A stretch of 41,601 nt of DNA. It comes from a virus (lineage: Duplodnaviria; Caudoviricetes). The DNA lies in the IMG/VR virus record IMGVR_UViG_3300005281_000073, positions 1-41,601 of that record, one strand, 5' to 3'. The position numbers and the translations under genes were made by a program. Under the pieces are notes generated by a model, which was not told where the DNA came from, did not search any database, and was given only the letters and a program-made list of their open reading frames with translations. Below are positions 33,346 to 41,601 of the stretch, piece by piece (the stretch's first letter is position 1; each line of letters starts with the position of its first letter).

Positions 33346-35360
33346 CACATGCCCCTACGTCCCATCGCCACGGCGCGCTGGATATCGGCCGCGATCTGCG
33401 TCCGCGATTGGCGGAAACTTTCGACATTTGGCGTGCTGATGTTGATGATGACCGGCGTCTCGCGGCCGCCGCGATCGCGCCAGCCGCCGCGCGTCTCGTC
33501 GACAATGCGCTCGCGCGGATGCACCAGCGCCAGATAGCCGCCCTTGCCGTCGAGCCCGCCAGCGCGCGCGCCGTAGCCCGTATGGCCGCCGCCGTCGAAG
33601 CTCCGGAACAGACCACCGAGCGAGAAGCCGCCGCCAGCGAAACCGGAAAACACGCCGCTCAAGGCATTAGCGATCGGCCCCAGAATGAACCGGCGAACTG
33701 CCAGCCGGGCCAGATCCGCGATGATCGAGGTGACCAGCTCCTTGAAATTGAACTTGCCGGTCTTTACGAACTCGACGATGGCATTCTCAGCGCCCTGGAA
33801 GGCATTCACGATGGCGTCGCCGATGGCGCCCGCCAGGTCCATGGCCTCCTTGGCGTAATTCGCCAGCGCCTCCGCGGACTTCTCCCAGCCGGTCTTAGCC
33901 TCCTCGGCGCCTTCCTTGCTGTCCTTGCCCGCTTTCTTGCCGGCCGAGCCCGCCTTTTTCGCCTTTTCCTCGTTGCGCTCGAGCGCGTTATTCACCGCCT
34001 CGACCGCCACATCGTCGAAAAACTTCCCCAGCGGATCCGACGACATGATCTGCTCGACGGCCCTGTTACGCTCGTCGAGCAGCCGCCCCAGCTCGCCCGC
34101 AAAAGGATTTTCGTAGCGCTCGATGGAAATCGGATCGAGCGTCCCGAGCCGCCAGTCCTCCGGTAGCCCCGGAATACTGGCCAGCATGCTGTTCACCTCA
34201 CCCGCGAGGTCATTCAGCATGCCGATGGCCTTATTCACCATCCACTCGATGCCGCTGATGACGGCATTTGCAGCGCCAGTCACCGCCGCGCCGATAGCAG
34301 CAGGAAGCGCCTTCCACACGAACACGATATCGGCGAACGCCGCGCGGAAAGAATTGATGATGATATTGCCGACCCACTTCACGCCGGCGACCACCGCATC
34401 CCACGCCGCCTGGAACCACGGCGCGATGGCGTCGATGGCCGGTTTCAGGAACTCGTGGATCCGGTTGCCGATCACCTCGATGGCCGCCTTGGCGACGTCG
34501 CCGAAGGTGACCGCCGTGCCCGTCGACTTCTCGATCTCCCGCCTCATGCCGGCGACCGCGAGGCCCGTGGCTGCGATGGCCGCCGAAAGCACCGGGAACA
34601 TGCGGACCGGCGTCATGATGAACTTCGCCAGATCCTGCATCAGCGCATTCACGCCGCCGCGGCCGAACCCGTAGATCTGCGAGATCTGCGAGCCCTGCTG
34701 GATCATGACCGTGAAGGGATTTTGCCCGGACGCCAGCGACACACCAATGTCATTGAGCTGGTAGTAGAGCATCGCCATCCGCTGGCTGCTCATGTTCGCA
34801 GCCCCGGCCATGCCTTGCAGCGCGGTCGCCCGGCCCTTTAGAGCCGCGATGGACTGCAGCGCCTGCTGCCGCTCGCGGGAAATGGCCGCCGCCATCTCAT
34901 CGGCAGAGATGGCGCCCATGGCATGCGCCGCGCGGATCTCCTGCAGCGTCTGCCGGTAGTCGCGCACGACGCGGAAAACAGGATTGTACTTTGCCCGCAG
35001 ATCGTCGAGCGCGCGCCCGTGCTGGATCACCGCCGCCGTGCTCTGGCTGGTCGCCTGCGTAACGCCAGCCAGCGCGTTGATGCGCTCCTGCATCGGCGTC
35101 GCGGCGAATGCCTGTGCCCCAGCGCCAGCGGCGCGCAGGCTCGTGGCGGTCTGCGCCGCCTTGGCCGAAAGGTTCTCGAGCGCGACCACCGCGGACCCAG
35201 CGCGCGCGTTGACCTCGTCGATGGCCGCGCTGGCCGGGCGCGCGCTGGTCTCGATGGTGTCAAAGGCGGCGCGCCCTTCACGGCCGATGGCGGCCAGCTC
35301 GTCCTTGAGCACGCGGCCGTCAACCACCGCCAGGCGAACCGAAACGCGCTTCTCCGCCAT
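33345..35360 (-). CDS. Tail tape measure protein
   Basis: 671 aa, Ala-rich; QLNDIGVSLASGQNPFTVMIQQGSQI; C-terminal FDGGG.TG...HP.E and SFRQSRTQIAAD. Confidence 0.93.
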   Translation of the reverse strand: MAEKRVSVRLAVVDGRVLKDELAAIGREGRAAFDTIETSARPASAAIDEVNARAGSAVVALENLSAKAAQTATSLRAAGAGAQAFAATPMQERINALAGVTQATSQSTAAVIQHGRALDDLRAKYNPVFRVVRDYRQTLQEIRAAHAMGAISADEMAAAISRERQQALQSIAALKGRATALQGMAGAANMSSQRMAMLYYQLNDIGVSLASGQNPFTVMIQQGSQISQIYGFGRGGVNALMQDLAKFIMTPVRMFPVLSAAIAATGLAVAGMRREIEKSTGTAVTFGDVAKAAIEVIGNRIHEFLKPAIDAIAPWFQAAWDAVVAGVKWVGNIIINSFRAAFADIVFVWKALPAAIGAAVTGAANAVISGIEWMVNKAIGMLNDLAGEVNSMLASIPGLPEDWRLGTLDPISIERYENPFAGELGRLLDERNRAVEQIMSSDPLGKFFDDVAVEAVNNALERNEEKAKKAGSAGKKAGKDSKEGAEEAKTGWEKSAEALANYAKEAMDLAGAIGDAIVNAFQGAENAIVEFVKTGKFNFKELVTSIIADLARLAVRRFILGPIANALSGVFSGFAGGGFSLGGLFRSFDGGGHTGYGARAGGLDGKGGYLALVHPRERIVDETRGGWRDRGGRETPVIINISTPNVESFRQSRTQIAADIQRAVAMGRRGM

Positions 35361-35689
35361 CGTCCCTTTCCAGCAACTCGTTAAATTTCTTGACCCGGAT
35401 CACCTCGATCTCCGGGAGGATTTCGGCCACAGCGAATAGGCAGTAGCCCAGCGCCGCCGCCATCTGCATGGCGGCGCCCATGTCCCATCCGACCATCACC
35501 GGCTTAAGCCCGGAGATAAAATGGACCTGCCCCCCGAGCCGCAGAGCGAGATCCCAGACTTGCCAGCCCTCTAGCGTTTGCGGCGCGTTGAGCCTTGCCG
35601 GGCATTCTTCGCATTCGCTCGGGCAGGCTGCGCAGTATTGGTCGCCCCCGCCGAAGTGCCATTCGGCGAGAGCGCGAAGCCGTTTTTTT
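35320..35689 (-). CDS. Tail assembly chaperone, -1 frameshift extension (gpGT-like)
   Basis: The frame KKRLRALAEWHFGGGDQYCAAC...CEECP...GWQVWDL is entered at the slippery A-AAA-AAC (35688-35682). Confidence 0.8.
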
Positions 35690-36080
35690 CCGACACCAGC
35701 CCGATGTAAGGCGCGAACACCTTCATCACCCACGCCTCATAGACCAGCATGATGTCCATGAGCGCCGCACAGGTCTCCGGCGTAACCTTCGCCGGCTTGC
35801 CGTTCTCGTCCAGCACGCCGCGCCAGTCGCGGATGATCCGCGCCGCCAGCGCCTTATGGAAATCCAGCTGCAGCGCCACCGACTCCGTGGCGCCTTCGCC
35901 CAGATCCTGATCCGGATCGAACCCGTGCTTTTCCCGAACCTCCTGGCGGACGGAATACATCACCGCCGTGGTGATCGGCTCCACGAGCACCTCGACGGGC
36001 TCGACGCCGAGCCTCCCGGCGTCCGCGCCGTCAATAAGCGTGATCCAGCGCGGCTCGCTGGACAGATTGAGGCGAACCAT
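35571..36080 (-). CDS. Tail assembly chaperone (gpG-like)
   Basis: MVRLNLS.EPRW...I.DW.GV.DE.G.P..VTPE...EKNG; lies between the tube and tape measure genes. Confidence 0.85.
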   Translation of the reverse strand: MVRLNLSSEPRWITLIDGADAGRLGVEPVEVLVEPITTAVMYSVRQEVREKHGFDPDQDLGEGATESVALQLDFHKALAARIIRDWRGVLDENGKPAKVTPETCAALMDIMLVYEAWVMKVFAPYIGLVSEKNGFALSPNGTSAGATNTAQPARANAKNARQGSTRRKR

Positions 36081-36089
36081 TATCCCCCC

Positions 36090-37343
36090 TTAGTAGCTCT
36101 CGACTTCATTGATGAGCTTCGCCGTGCACATCTTGCCGGCGACAGGATCCCGGGCCGCCTGCCACTCGAACGTGACCTGAATGCCGCCCGGGCCGGTGAT
36201 CTCCACGCGCGGCCGCGGCAGATAGACGGCATGAGCCACCAGCGAGAATTCGGCATTGCCGAGCTGATAGGCGAACTCCAGCTCGCACGCCTCGCCGTTG
36301 ATGGCCTGGTCGAACAGCGCATCGTCCGCGAACCGAACAACCATGTTGCCCGTGAGCGCGGCCATCGCCGGATCGGCTCCGTCGATGCGGCCATCGTTCC
36401 GGATGGTTTCGATGCGGTCGAGATTGTTGGAATAGGTGATCTCGACAGAGACCACATTCCCGAGCGAAACCCCGTTGCGCTTGATGGCCCCGTTGAAGTG
36501 TCCGAAACGCTTAAGGACGATATCGCCGACCGAGCCCGCCTGGCTCGTGTCGTCCGGCGTCTCGCCCTGCGCCACGATATTGACCGTCGCCGTGAGCAGG
36601 CCGGCGCGCTGCATCTGCCAGGACAGCGAATTGACCATGCAGCCCGTGAACATCTCGTACCGCGGGATGGACGGCATCTGCTTTTCGATGGAGAGCGACG
36701 GCAGCTGCCACTTGCCGCTTTCAAATACGTGCTCGCTCGTACCGCCCGAGAGCGCGCCGCCGGAAGCCGTGGCCGCGCTGGCGGCGATCGTGAAGGCATT
36801 CCCCTCCGCGCCTTCCGTGTCATAGACGATTTTCAGCGTCGTGCCGTTTACGGCCGAATACGTGCATTTGGAGACATTCGGATCCAGCGAGGCATTGAGA
36901 TCCGCGACCAGCTCGTCGAGCGTGTCCTCGAGGCTGCCCTGGATTTCCGTCTCATTGCCGCTCGGGCTCGACGAGACGAACGTCCACGTGCTGCCGCCCA
37001 GCGTGATCGTGTCGCCATTGCTGGGATTTTCCGCAAAGACGATCGTGCCCTCGGCCTTCGAGGCGCCCAGCGTGGTCGGATTGCCGAAAGCCGCCTTTAG
37101 CCAGATGCCCCAGGCGATGGCGTCAATCGGCACGACGATATCGCCCTCCGTGGTCACCGCATCCTTGATGGGCGGCAGAGGATCCCGGCCATAGCCCAAT
37201 AGCTCGTTGGCGAGCAGCGGCTGCTCCGAGCCCAGCGTGATCGAGGCAAACGGCAGCCTGGTGAAGCCGCTCACCGGCGCGTGGCCATAGATGGTCTCAA
37301 ACGCGGCCGCCAGCTGCGTCCGCGCGCCCTGTTCGCGTGCCAT
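36090..37343 (-). CDS. Major tail tube protein with an inserted domain
   Basis: GAR.QLAAAFET.YG..P..GF..LPF...LGSEQPLL..ELLGYGRDP...YSNNLDRIETIR.DG.IDGADP...FEWQAA. Confidence 0.9.
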   Translation of the reverse strand: MAREQGARTQLAAAFETIYGHAPVSGFTRLPFASITLGSEQPLLANELLGYGRDPLPPIKDAVTTEGDIVVPIDAIAWGIWLKAAFGNPTTLGASKAEGTIVFAENPSNGDTITLGGSTWTFVSSSPSGNETEIQGSLEDTLDELVADLNASLDPNVSKCTYSAVNGTTLKIVYDTEGAEGNAFTIAASAATASGGALSGGTSEHVFESGKWQLPSLSIEKQMPSIPRYEMFTGCMVNSLSWQMQRAGLLTATVNIVAQGETPDDTSQAGSVGDIVLKRFGHFNGAIKRNGVSLGNVVSVEITYSNNLDRIETIRNDGRIDGADPAMAALTGNMVVRFADDALFDQAINGEACELEFAYQLGNAEFSLVAHAVYLPRPRVEITGPGGIQVTFEWQAARDPVAGKMCTAKLINEVESY

Positions 37344-37358
37344 TTTCGCAAGTCTCCT

Positions 37359-37796
37359 TTAGCGCAGAGGGTCCGGCGACCCGTACATCAGCACCACCGG
37401 AATGGTGGCGGCCTTGAACCCTTCGCCGCCGTCGATCGGCAGCAGCATCGGCGCGGGCGCCTGCCCGATCACGTAATCGCAGAGGCCGCCGAGCGTCCTG
37501 TCCGCCTCGATGGCCGCGCCCACCGCCTGCTTCAATTCGTCGAAAACCGTGTCCTGCACCCCAGCCGGGCGATCGACGATGATCTCCACCTCGGCGACGT
37601 GCTCGTAGTAGTAATACGGCGGCGACATGAGCACCTCCGGCTCGCCCGGATCCCCGTCGCGCACGATGACGAGCCCCTTTGCCGGGATGCGCGTCGGCAG
37701 AATGGCGTTCCGCAGCACCTCCACGCCAGCGGGCGCCGCCTGCTCGATCTGCGCCACAAGCGCCTTGAGCACCTGCTCCATGTAGGATTCGGCCAT
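37359..37796 (-). CDS. Tail terminator / tail completion protein
   Basis: LP.RIP..GLVIVRDG.PGEPEV..SP..Y.YEH.AE and ADRTLGGLCD; precedes the tube gene. Confidence 0.8.
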   Translation of the reverse strand: MAESYMEQVLKALVAQIEQAAPAGVEVLRNAILPTRIPAKGLVIVRDGDPGEPEVLMSPPYYYYEHVAEVEIIVDRPAGVQDTVFDELKQAVGAAIEADRTLGGLCDYVIGQAPAPMLLPIDGGEGFKAATIPVVLMYGSPDPLR

Positions 37797-37797
37797 A

Positions 37798-38439
37798 TCA
37801 GTCCCGCCAGTATTGCGTGATGATCGCAGGCAGCGTCGCCGCCCATTCGTCCGCCGCCTTCATGAGATTCAGCCGCTTGCGGAGCGTGACCTGCGGCACC
37901 AGCCAGAAGATGATCGACGTCGCGGCCCCCTTGCGGATGCCATCGCGCCCGGGCTTTGCCCGGCTCGCCACCGCTCGGCCGCGCGCGTTGATGCGCGTGT
38001 TGTCCGCCACCAGAAGACTCGGCCCGTTCCGCCGATAGACGAAGCGCAGCCGCATGCCCGTGCGGCGCTCCCAGCCGCCCGGCGTGATGCGCTTTTTGCC
38101 GAGCCCCTTTGTGCCCGCCAGCGGTGTCGGGATCGCCAGCCAGAAACCGTCGTTCGACCGGATGACGGCGCCCGTCTCGAAGGTGCCGATGATTTCCGGC
38201 GCGGTCGACCACACCAGCGCCGCCGAATTCAGCGATTCCCCACTCGTGGGATATGCCCGCATGCGGATGGCCCGCGGGAGACGCTGCCCGAGCCCGGCAC
38301 GCGAGATCTGCGCCCGCCAGTCCCGCTGCAGGCCCTGACCGGCCACCGTCACGGCCCGCTTGATGGCCCGCTCGCCTTCCCGCACCTCCTCGGCGAGAAT
38401 CCGCTCGAAGTTACCCTCGACCGAAACCCTCAATTTCAC
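37798..38439 (-). CDS. DUF6441-like neck/tail completion protein
   Basis: WRAQI..AGLG.RL...IR...YP....SL..AALVWS.AP and IRS..GFWLAIP; GTG 38439 overlaps the upstream stop. Confidence 0.8.
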   Translation of the reverse strand: MKLRVSVEGNFERILAEEVREGERAIKRAVTVAGQGLQRDWRAQISRAGLGQRLPRAIRMRAYPTSGESLNSAALVWSTAPEIIGTFETGAVIRSNDGFWLAIPTPLAGTKGLGKKRITPGGWERRTGMRLRFVYRRNGPSLLVADNTRINARGRAVASRAKPGRDGIRKGAATSIIFWLVPQVTLRKRLNLMKAADEWAATLPAIITQYWRD

Positions 38440-38750
38440 AGCTGGCGCGCCTCCGCCGCCCAGCACAGGCGCTCGCGATCCCGCACCGGATCCGAGCGCA
38501 CCTCGAACACTTGCCCGTCGATCTCGAAGGTATCCCCCGCCTCGAGCACCGGCACCTCGGACACGCGCACGTCGATAAAGACCGTGTCCGTCACGTACCG
38601 GCCCTCTCCCCAATCGGCCATCCGGTCCGGCGCGCGGAAGATGACGCGCACCAGCGTGCCCGCGCCATTGCCGCCGGCGCGATAAATCGCGTCCGCAGCG
38701 ACATTCGGATCCGCGAAAATCGCATTGATGCCGGCGGCAAAGGCATTCAT
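38436..38750 (-). CDS. Head-tail joining/closure protein (gpFII-like)
   Basis: MNAFAA....IFADPN.A.DA.Y...DVRVSEV.....GD...I.G..F.V...P.RD.ERL.W. Confidence 0.8.
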   Translation of the reverse strand: MNAFAAGINAIFADPNVAADAIYRAGGNGAGTLVRVIFRAPDRMADWGEGRYVTDTVFIDVRVSEVPVLEAGDTFEIDGQVFEVRSDPVRDRERLCWAAEARQL

Positions 38751-38762
38751 GACAGCCCCCAA

Positions 38763-39134
38763 TTAGGCGGTTGCCGGATCCACGGCGGTGCCGAGACCGC
38801 CAACGCCATTAAGGCGGACCTTGCCGACCGTCTCCGTGGCGCTATTGCCCACCGCCTCAACGGCGATGCCGAGCAGGACATTGTCCTCGGGATCGGTCGT
38901 GCACTGCTTGTTGCCGGCGTCCCAATAGACGGCCGCGCCAACGGTCCAAGACTGGGAACCGGCCTTCGGCAGAGCGTAGACGCCCGTGAGCTTCACCGGG
39001 CCGGACTCCCCATCCTTGATGTCGTTGACCGCAACACCAGCGATGGTGCCGATCACCACCACGTCGCCAGAAGCGACATCAGCGCCGGACGGCGTATATT
39101 CGATGACGTCGCCCGCAGAGATGTAATTCTTCAT
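38763..39134 (-). CDS. DUF2190 capsid cement/decoration protein
   Basis: MKNYI..GD.......ADV.SG..V.IG...GVA......G......GV..LPK...G..VYWD...VRLNG. Confidence 0.9.
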   Translation of the reverse strand: MKNYISAGDVIEYTPSGADVASGDVVVIGTIAGVAVNDIKDGESGPVKLTGVYALPKAGSQSWTVGAAVYWDAGNKQCTTDPEDNVLLGIAVEAVGNSATETVGKVRLNGVGGLGTAVDPATA

Positions 39135-39165
39135 CGGAGTATCTCCTCAAACGTTGCCACGGATC

Positions 39166-39189
39166 CGGACGGACCCAGAGGCCCGTCCG
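39166..39189 (-). other. Hairpin after the capsid gene (no U-tract)
   Basis: CGGACGGGCC-TCTG-GGTCCGTCCG. Confidence 0.45.
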
Positions 39190-39208
39190 AGCTTCTCACT
39201 GGCGATTA

Positions 39209-41278
39209 CTAGCTGCCGGACGGCGTAGCGCCCGGATTCTTGTAGAGACCGCGCCAATCGATGGCCGCCGCGGCGAAGTCCAGGCGCGCCTTGATCTCGA
39301 CGCCGTCGACCTCAAACCCGTTGCGGGTCTCCGTGTAGACGCCCTCCTGGCCGTCCAGGTAGGCATACTCCACGGTGTCGACGATGTTCGGATTAGCCGC
39401 CAGGAACCACGGCGCATCGCCGCTGGACGGGAACAGGCGGCGCTCCTCGACCACCTGCAGCCGGCCAGCGTAGACGTTGACGTCCTCCGTGCTGCTCGGC
39501 GTGGTGGCGGTCAGGATCTTGCGAGCCTCGAGCGCGCGCTGGCCGGGCGGAACGATGATGAACTCCGGCCAGACGTCGATCGCCTCCCCGTCGATGCCCG
39601 TCTGCTTGGCGAACGCCTCGAAAGCAGCGGTCAGGCCCGCCTCGTCGATCACCGATGCGCTGCCGGAATTGCCGTGATCCGCACTGAACAGCTGCTTGCC
39701 ATCCGACATCGTCGGATTGTTGAGGAGGATGGCATAGACCACGTCGCCCTCGAGCTGCGCAGCGCGGGCGCCGAAAGCGGACGCAACCCGCGTGAACGCG
39801 CCCAGATCGTCGTTGATGAGCATCTGGCGCGTGAAGGCAACGATCTTGCCGTAGGTGGCCAGCGCGTAGGTTTCCTTCGCCTCGCCGAAGGTGCCGTACT
39901 TGAACTCAGCACCCTCGAGCACCTTCTCGAGCGCCGGCGCGGTGCCAACCTGGACGCGGTCGACCGGACGGAAGTCCGTGAGCGTGACGCGGCGCGCCCA
40001 GGCCGTGAAGGTCCGCGGCGTGGTCTCATAGGCCCGACGCAGCGTAATGTTGCCGACATTCGCCAGCACCGCCGGGAAGTCGCCCGTGGCGTGATAGCCA
40101 GCGGAGCGCACCTGCACCTGGCCCAGCGCCTTCTCGGCGATCTCCATGCGGCCCATGCCGCGCGTGTTGACGCCCGAGCGCTCGAGAGCCTGCCGCGCCA
40201 GCTCCATCAGCGACATGCCGCGGAACTCGCGGGCATCGTTGGTCAGCTCGACGCCCGGCGTGCCAGCGCGATGCAGGAGCGCATTCGTGAGCGCGTTCCG
40301 GTACTCCACGCCCGAGCGCTCCTCGCGTGCCATCGCCGGCACGGGCTCGGCCCGGCGGCCGCCCAGCGGATCCCGCTCGGCGATCTTGTCGAGGATGGCC
40401 GCGCGCGCCTGCTCGACGCTCACGCCGCGCTGGATGAGATCGTCGCGGAACGCATCGTCGAGCCCATGACGGGCGCAGAGCTGCGTAATCGTGGTAACGC
40501 GGGCGCGCTCCTCGGCGCGGACCGCCTCGGCATCAACGGCCGGCTTCTCCGCCGGCGATGGGGCCGCAGTTGCCGCCGGCGCGGTGCGGACCTCATGAGC
40601 CGCATCCTCGCGGCGCTCGACCTCGGCCGCCGCCACAATATCCTTTTCCATCGTCTGCTTCCCTTTGCTTTGAGCCGCGGCGGGCGCGGCGCCATCGTCC
40701 TGCCGGATCAGGACACACGGATTGAGCGCAGGCTGCCCGCCATTCGTGGCGGCACGCACAAACGCTCCCGGATCGGCCGGAATGGGCACGGCCGAAATTT
40801 CCAGAGGCTCCCAATCGACAGCGCGCCACAGCTCGCGCTGCCCCTCCCGCTTCTCGATCTCGTACTTGTAGACCCGGTAGCCGACCGACACGAAGCGCAG
40901 CGACTTCTCGAGGATGCGCTGCACGATGCCCTGCGCGTCTTCCGCGCTGGTCAGCTGGATCGTGGCGTAGCCCTTGCCGCCCTCGAGGCGGACGGAGCCG
41001 GGCACCACCGAGCCGATGACGGCATTCGCGTCAAAGGCCCAATGTGCATTCAGGAATGGCGCACCGGCGTTGAGCCGCTCGAGGCGCACCGCGTTCTCCG
41101 AGACCACCAGCTCCTCGTCGTACTCGACGCGCGTATCCCAGCCTTCCCAGCGCACCCGCTGCACGGTCGCCCCAGTGGTCCAGACCACCTCAACGGTGCG
41201 CTTTTCCACGTCGACCGATTCAGCGCGCACCTCGGCGGCCCGCCCCAGCATGGGCAGGTCCATCATCTTCTGAGACAT
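39209..41278 (-). CDS. Prohead protease-major capsid protein fusion
   Basis: N-terminal protease (APFLNAH, VSVGY, WEPLEISAVPIPAD), a scaffold-like linker, and a capsid domain (DFP.VL, TYGK...FTRQMLINDDL.AF, K.RLDF....DWRG). Confidence 0.95.
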   Translation of the reverse strand: MSQKMMDLPMLGRAAEVRAESVDVEKRTVEVVWTTGATVQRVRWEGWDTRVEYDEELVVSENAVRLERLNAGAPFLNAHWAFDANAVIGSVVPGSVRLEGGKGYATIQLTSAEDAQGIVQRILEKSLRFVSVGYRVYKYEIEKREGQRELWRAVDWEPLEISAVPIPADPGAFVRAATNGGQPALNPCVLIRQDDGAAPAAAQSKGKQTMEKDIVAAAEVERREDAAHEVRTAPAATAAPSPAEKPAVDAEAVRAEERARVTTITQLCARHGLDDAFRDDLIQRGVSVEQARAAILDKIAERDPLGGRRAEPVPAMAREERSGVEYRNALTNALLHRAGTPGVELTNDAREFRGMSLMELARQALERSGVNTRGMGRMEIAEKALGQVQVRSAGYHATGDFPAVLANVGNITLRRAYETTPRTFTAWARRVTLTDFRPVDRVQVGTAPALEKVLEGAEFKYGTFGEAKETYALATYGKIVAFTRQMLINDDLGAFTRVASAFGARAAQLEGDVVYAILLNNPTMSDGKQLFSADHGNSGSASVIDEAGLTAAFEAFAKQTGIDGEAIDVWPEFIIVPPGQRALEARKILTATTPSSTEDVNVYAGRLQVVEERRLFPSSGDAPWFLAANPNIVDTVEYAYLDGQEGVYTETRNGFEVDGVEIKARLDFAAAAIDWRGLYKNPGATPSGS

Positions 41279-41290
41279 GTCCGCAGACCC

Positions 41291-41601
41291 CTATTCTTCG
41301 CCGCCGTCCCGCGGCGTGCCTTCGCCGGCGTCGTCCTCGACCGCCAGCGGATCCTTCTGCTGGGCGAAGCCCTGCTCCGTGACGCGGCGCGGATCGGATA
41401 CGACCGCCAGACCGAGGCGTCCGGCCTCCCGCAGATACTCCGCCTGCTCCTCGAGCACGGCGCGCCAATCGTAACCGCGCTTCGCCGCCATCTCCTGCGC
41501 GGAGACAAAGCCGGCGCGCACCTCGAGCAGATCGGCCTGCGCGTCCTGCCAGGGATTGACGCTTTCAAACCGCGGCGGCGACCACTCCGCCGGAACGTCC
41601 G
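41291..41601 (-). CDS. Portal protein, 3' end
   Basis: ...EWSPPRFESVNPWQDAQADLLEVRAGFVSAQEMAAKRGYDW...; stop at 41291. Confidence 0.9.
   Translation of the reverse strand, partial: DVPAEWSPPRFESVNPWQDAQADLLEVRAGFVSAQEMAAKRGYDWRAVLEEQAEYLREAGRLGLAVVSDPRRVTEQGFAQQKDPLAVEDDAGEGTPRDGGEE
41371..41601. repeat. Terminal overlap copy 2 (matches 1..231)
   Basis: Direct comparison gives 223/231 identical. Confidence 0.95.

Noticed and set aside
23088-41278. Gene transfer agent cluster
   Set aside because: The tail genes are RcGTA-like, but integrase, attP, replication origin, cos and a lambda-type head indicate an autonomous temperate phage.

Overview
The window is a complete or near-complete circular genome of a temperate, lambda-like siphophage of an Alphaproteobacterium. 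It is about 41,370 bp once the 231-bp end overlap is removed. Nearly all genes are on the minus strand. Modules: a lambda-type head (terminase subunits, gpW, portal split across the contig ends, protease-major capsid fusion); an RcGTA-like tail (tube, frameshifted chaperones, tape measure, DUF2460, DUF2163, NlpC/P60, megatron, DUF2793) with an inserted tail spike; a GH108/spanin lysis cassette; a tyrosine integrase with an attP matching the 3' part of an alphaproteobacterial tRNA-fMet; a replication initiator with internal iterons; four DNA methyltransferase genes, one internally deleted; and a lambda-like cos site 4.2 kb upstream of terS. No canonical CI repressor is visible. The strongest candidate for an undescribed system is non-coding. 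Five inverted GAGGTGGC-N19/20-GCCA(C/G)C sites precede the early transcription units, and the same motif flanks attP. Two paralogous structured RNAs carry anti-Shine-Dalgarno loops and share an identical terminator. A tRNA-Met-like element plus a 'cuckoo'-type CCUCCUCCC hairpin sits between cos and a coupled MTase-HD-PLD operon. All family assignments come from motif recognition by eye, not from database searches.
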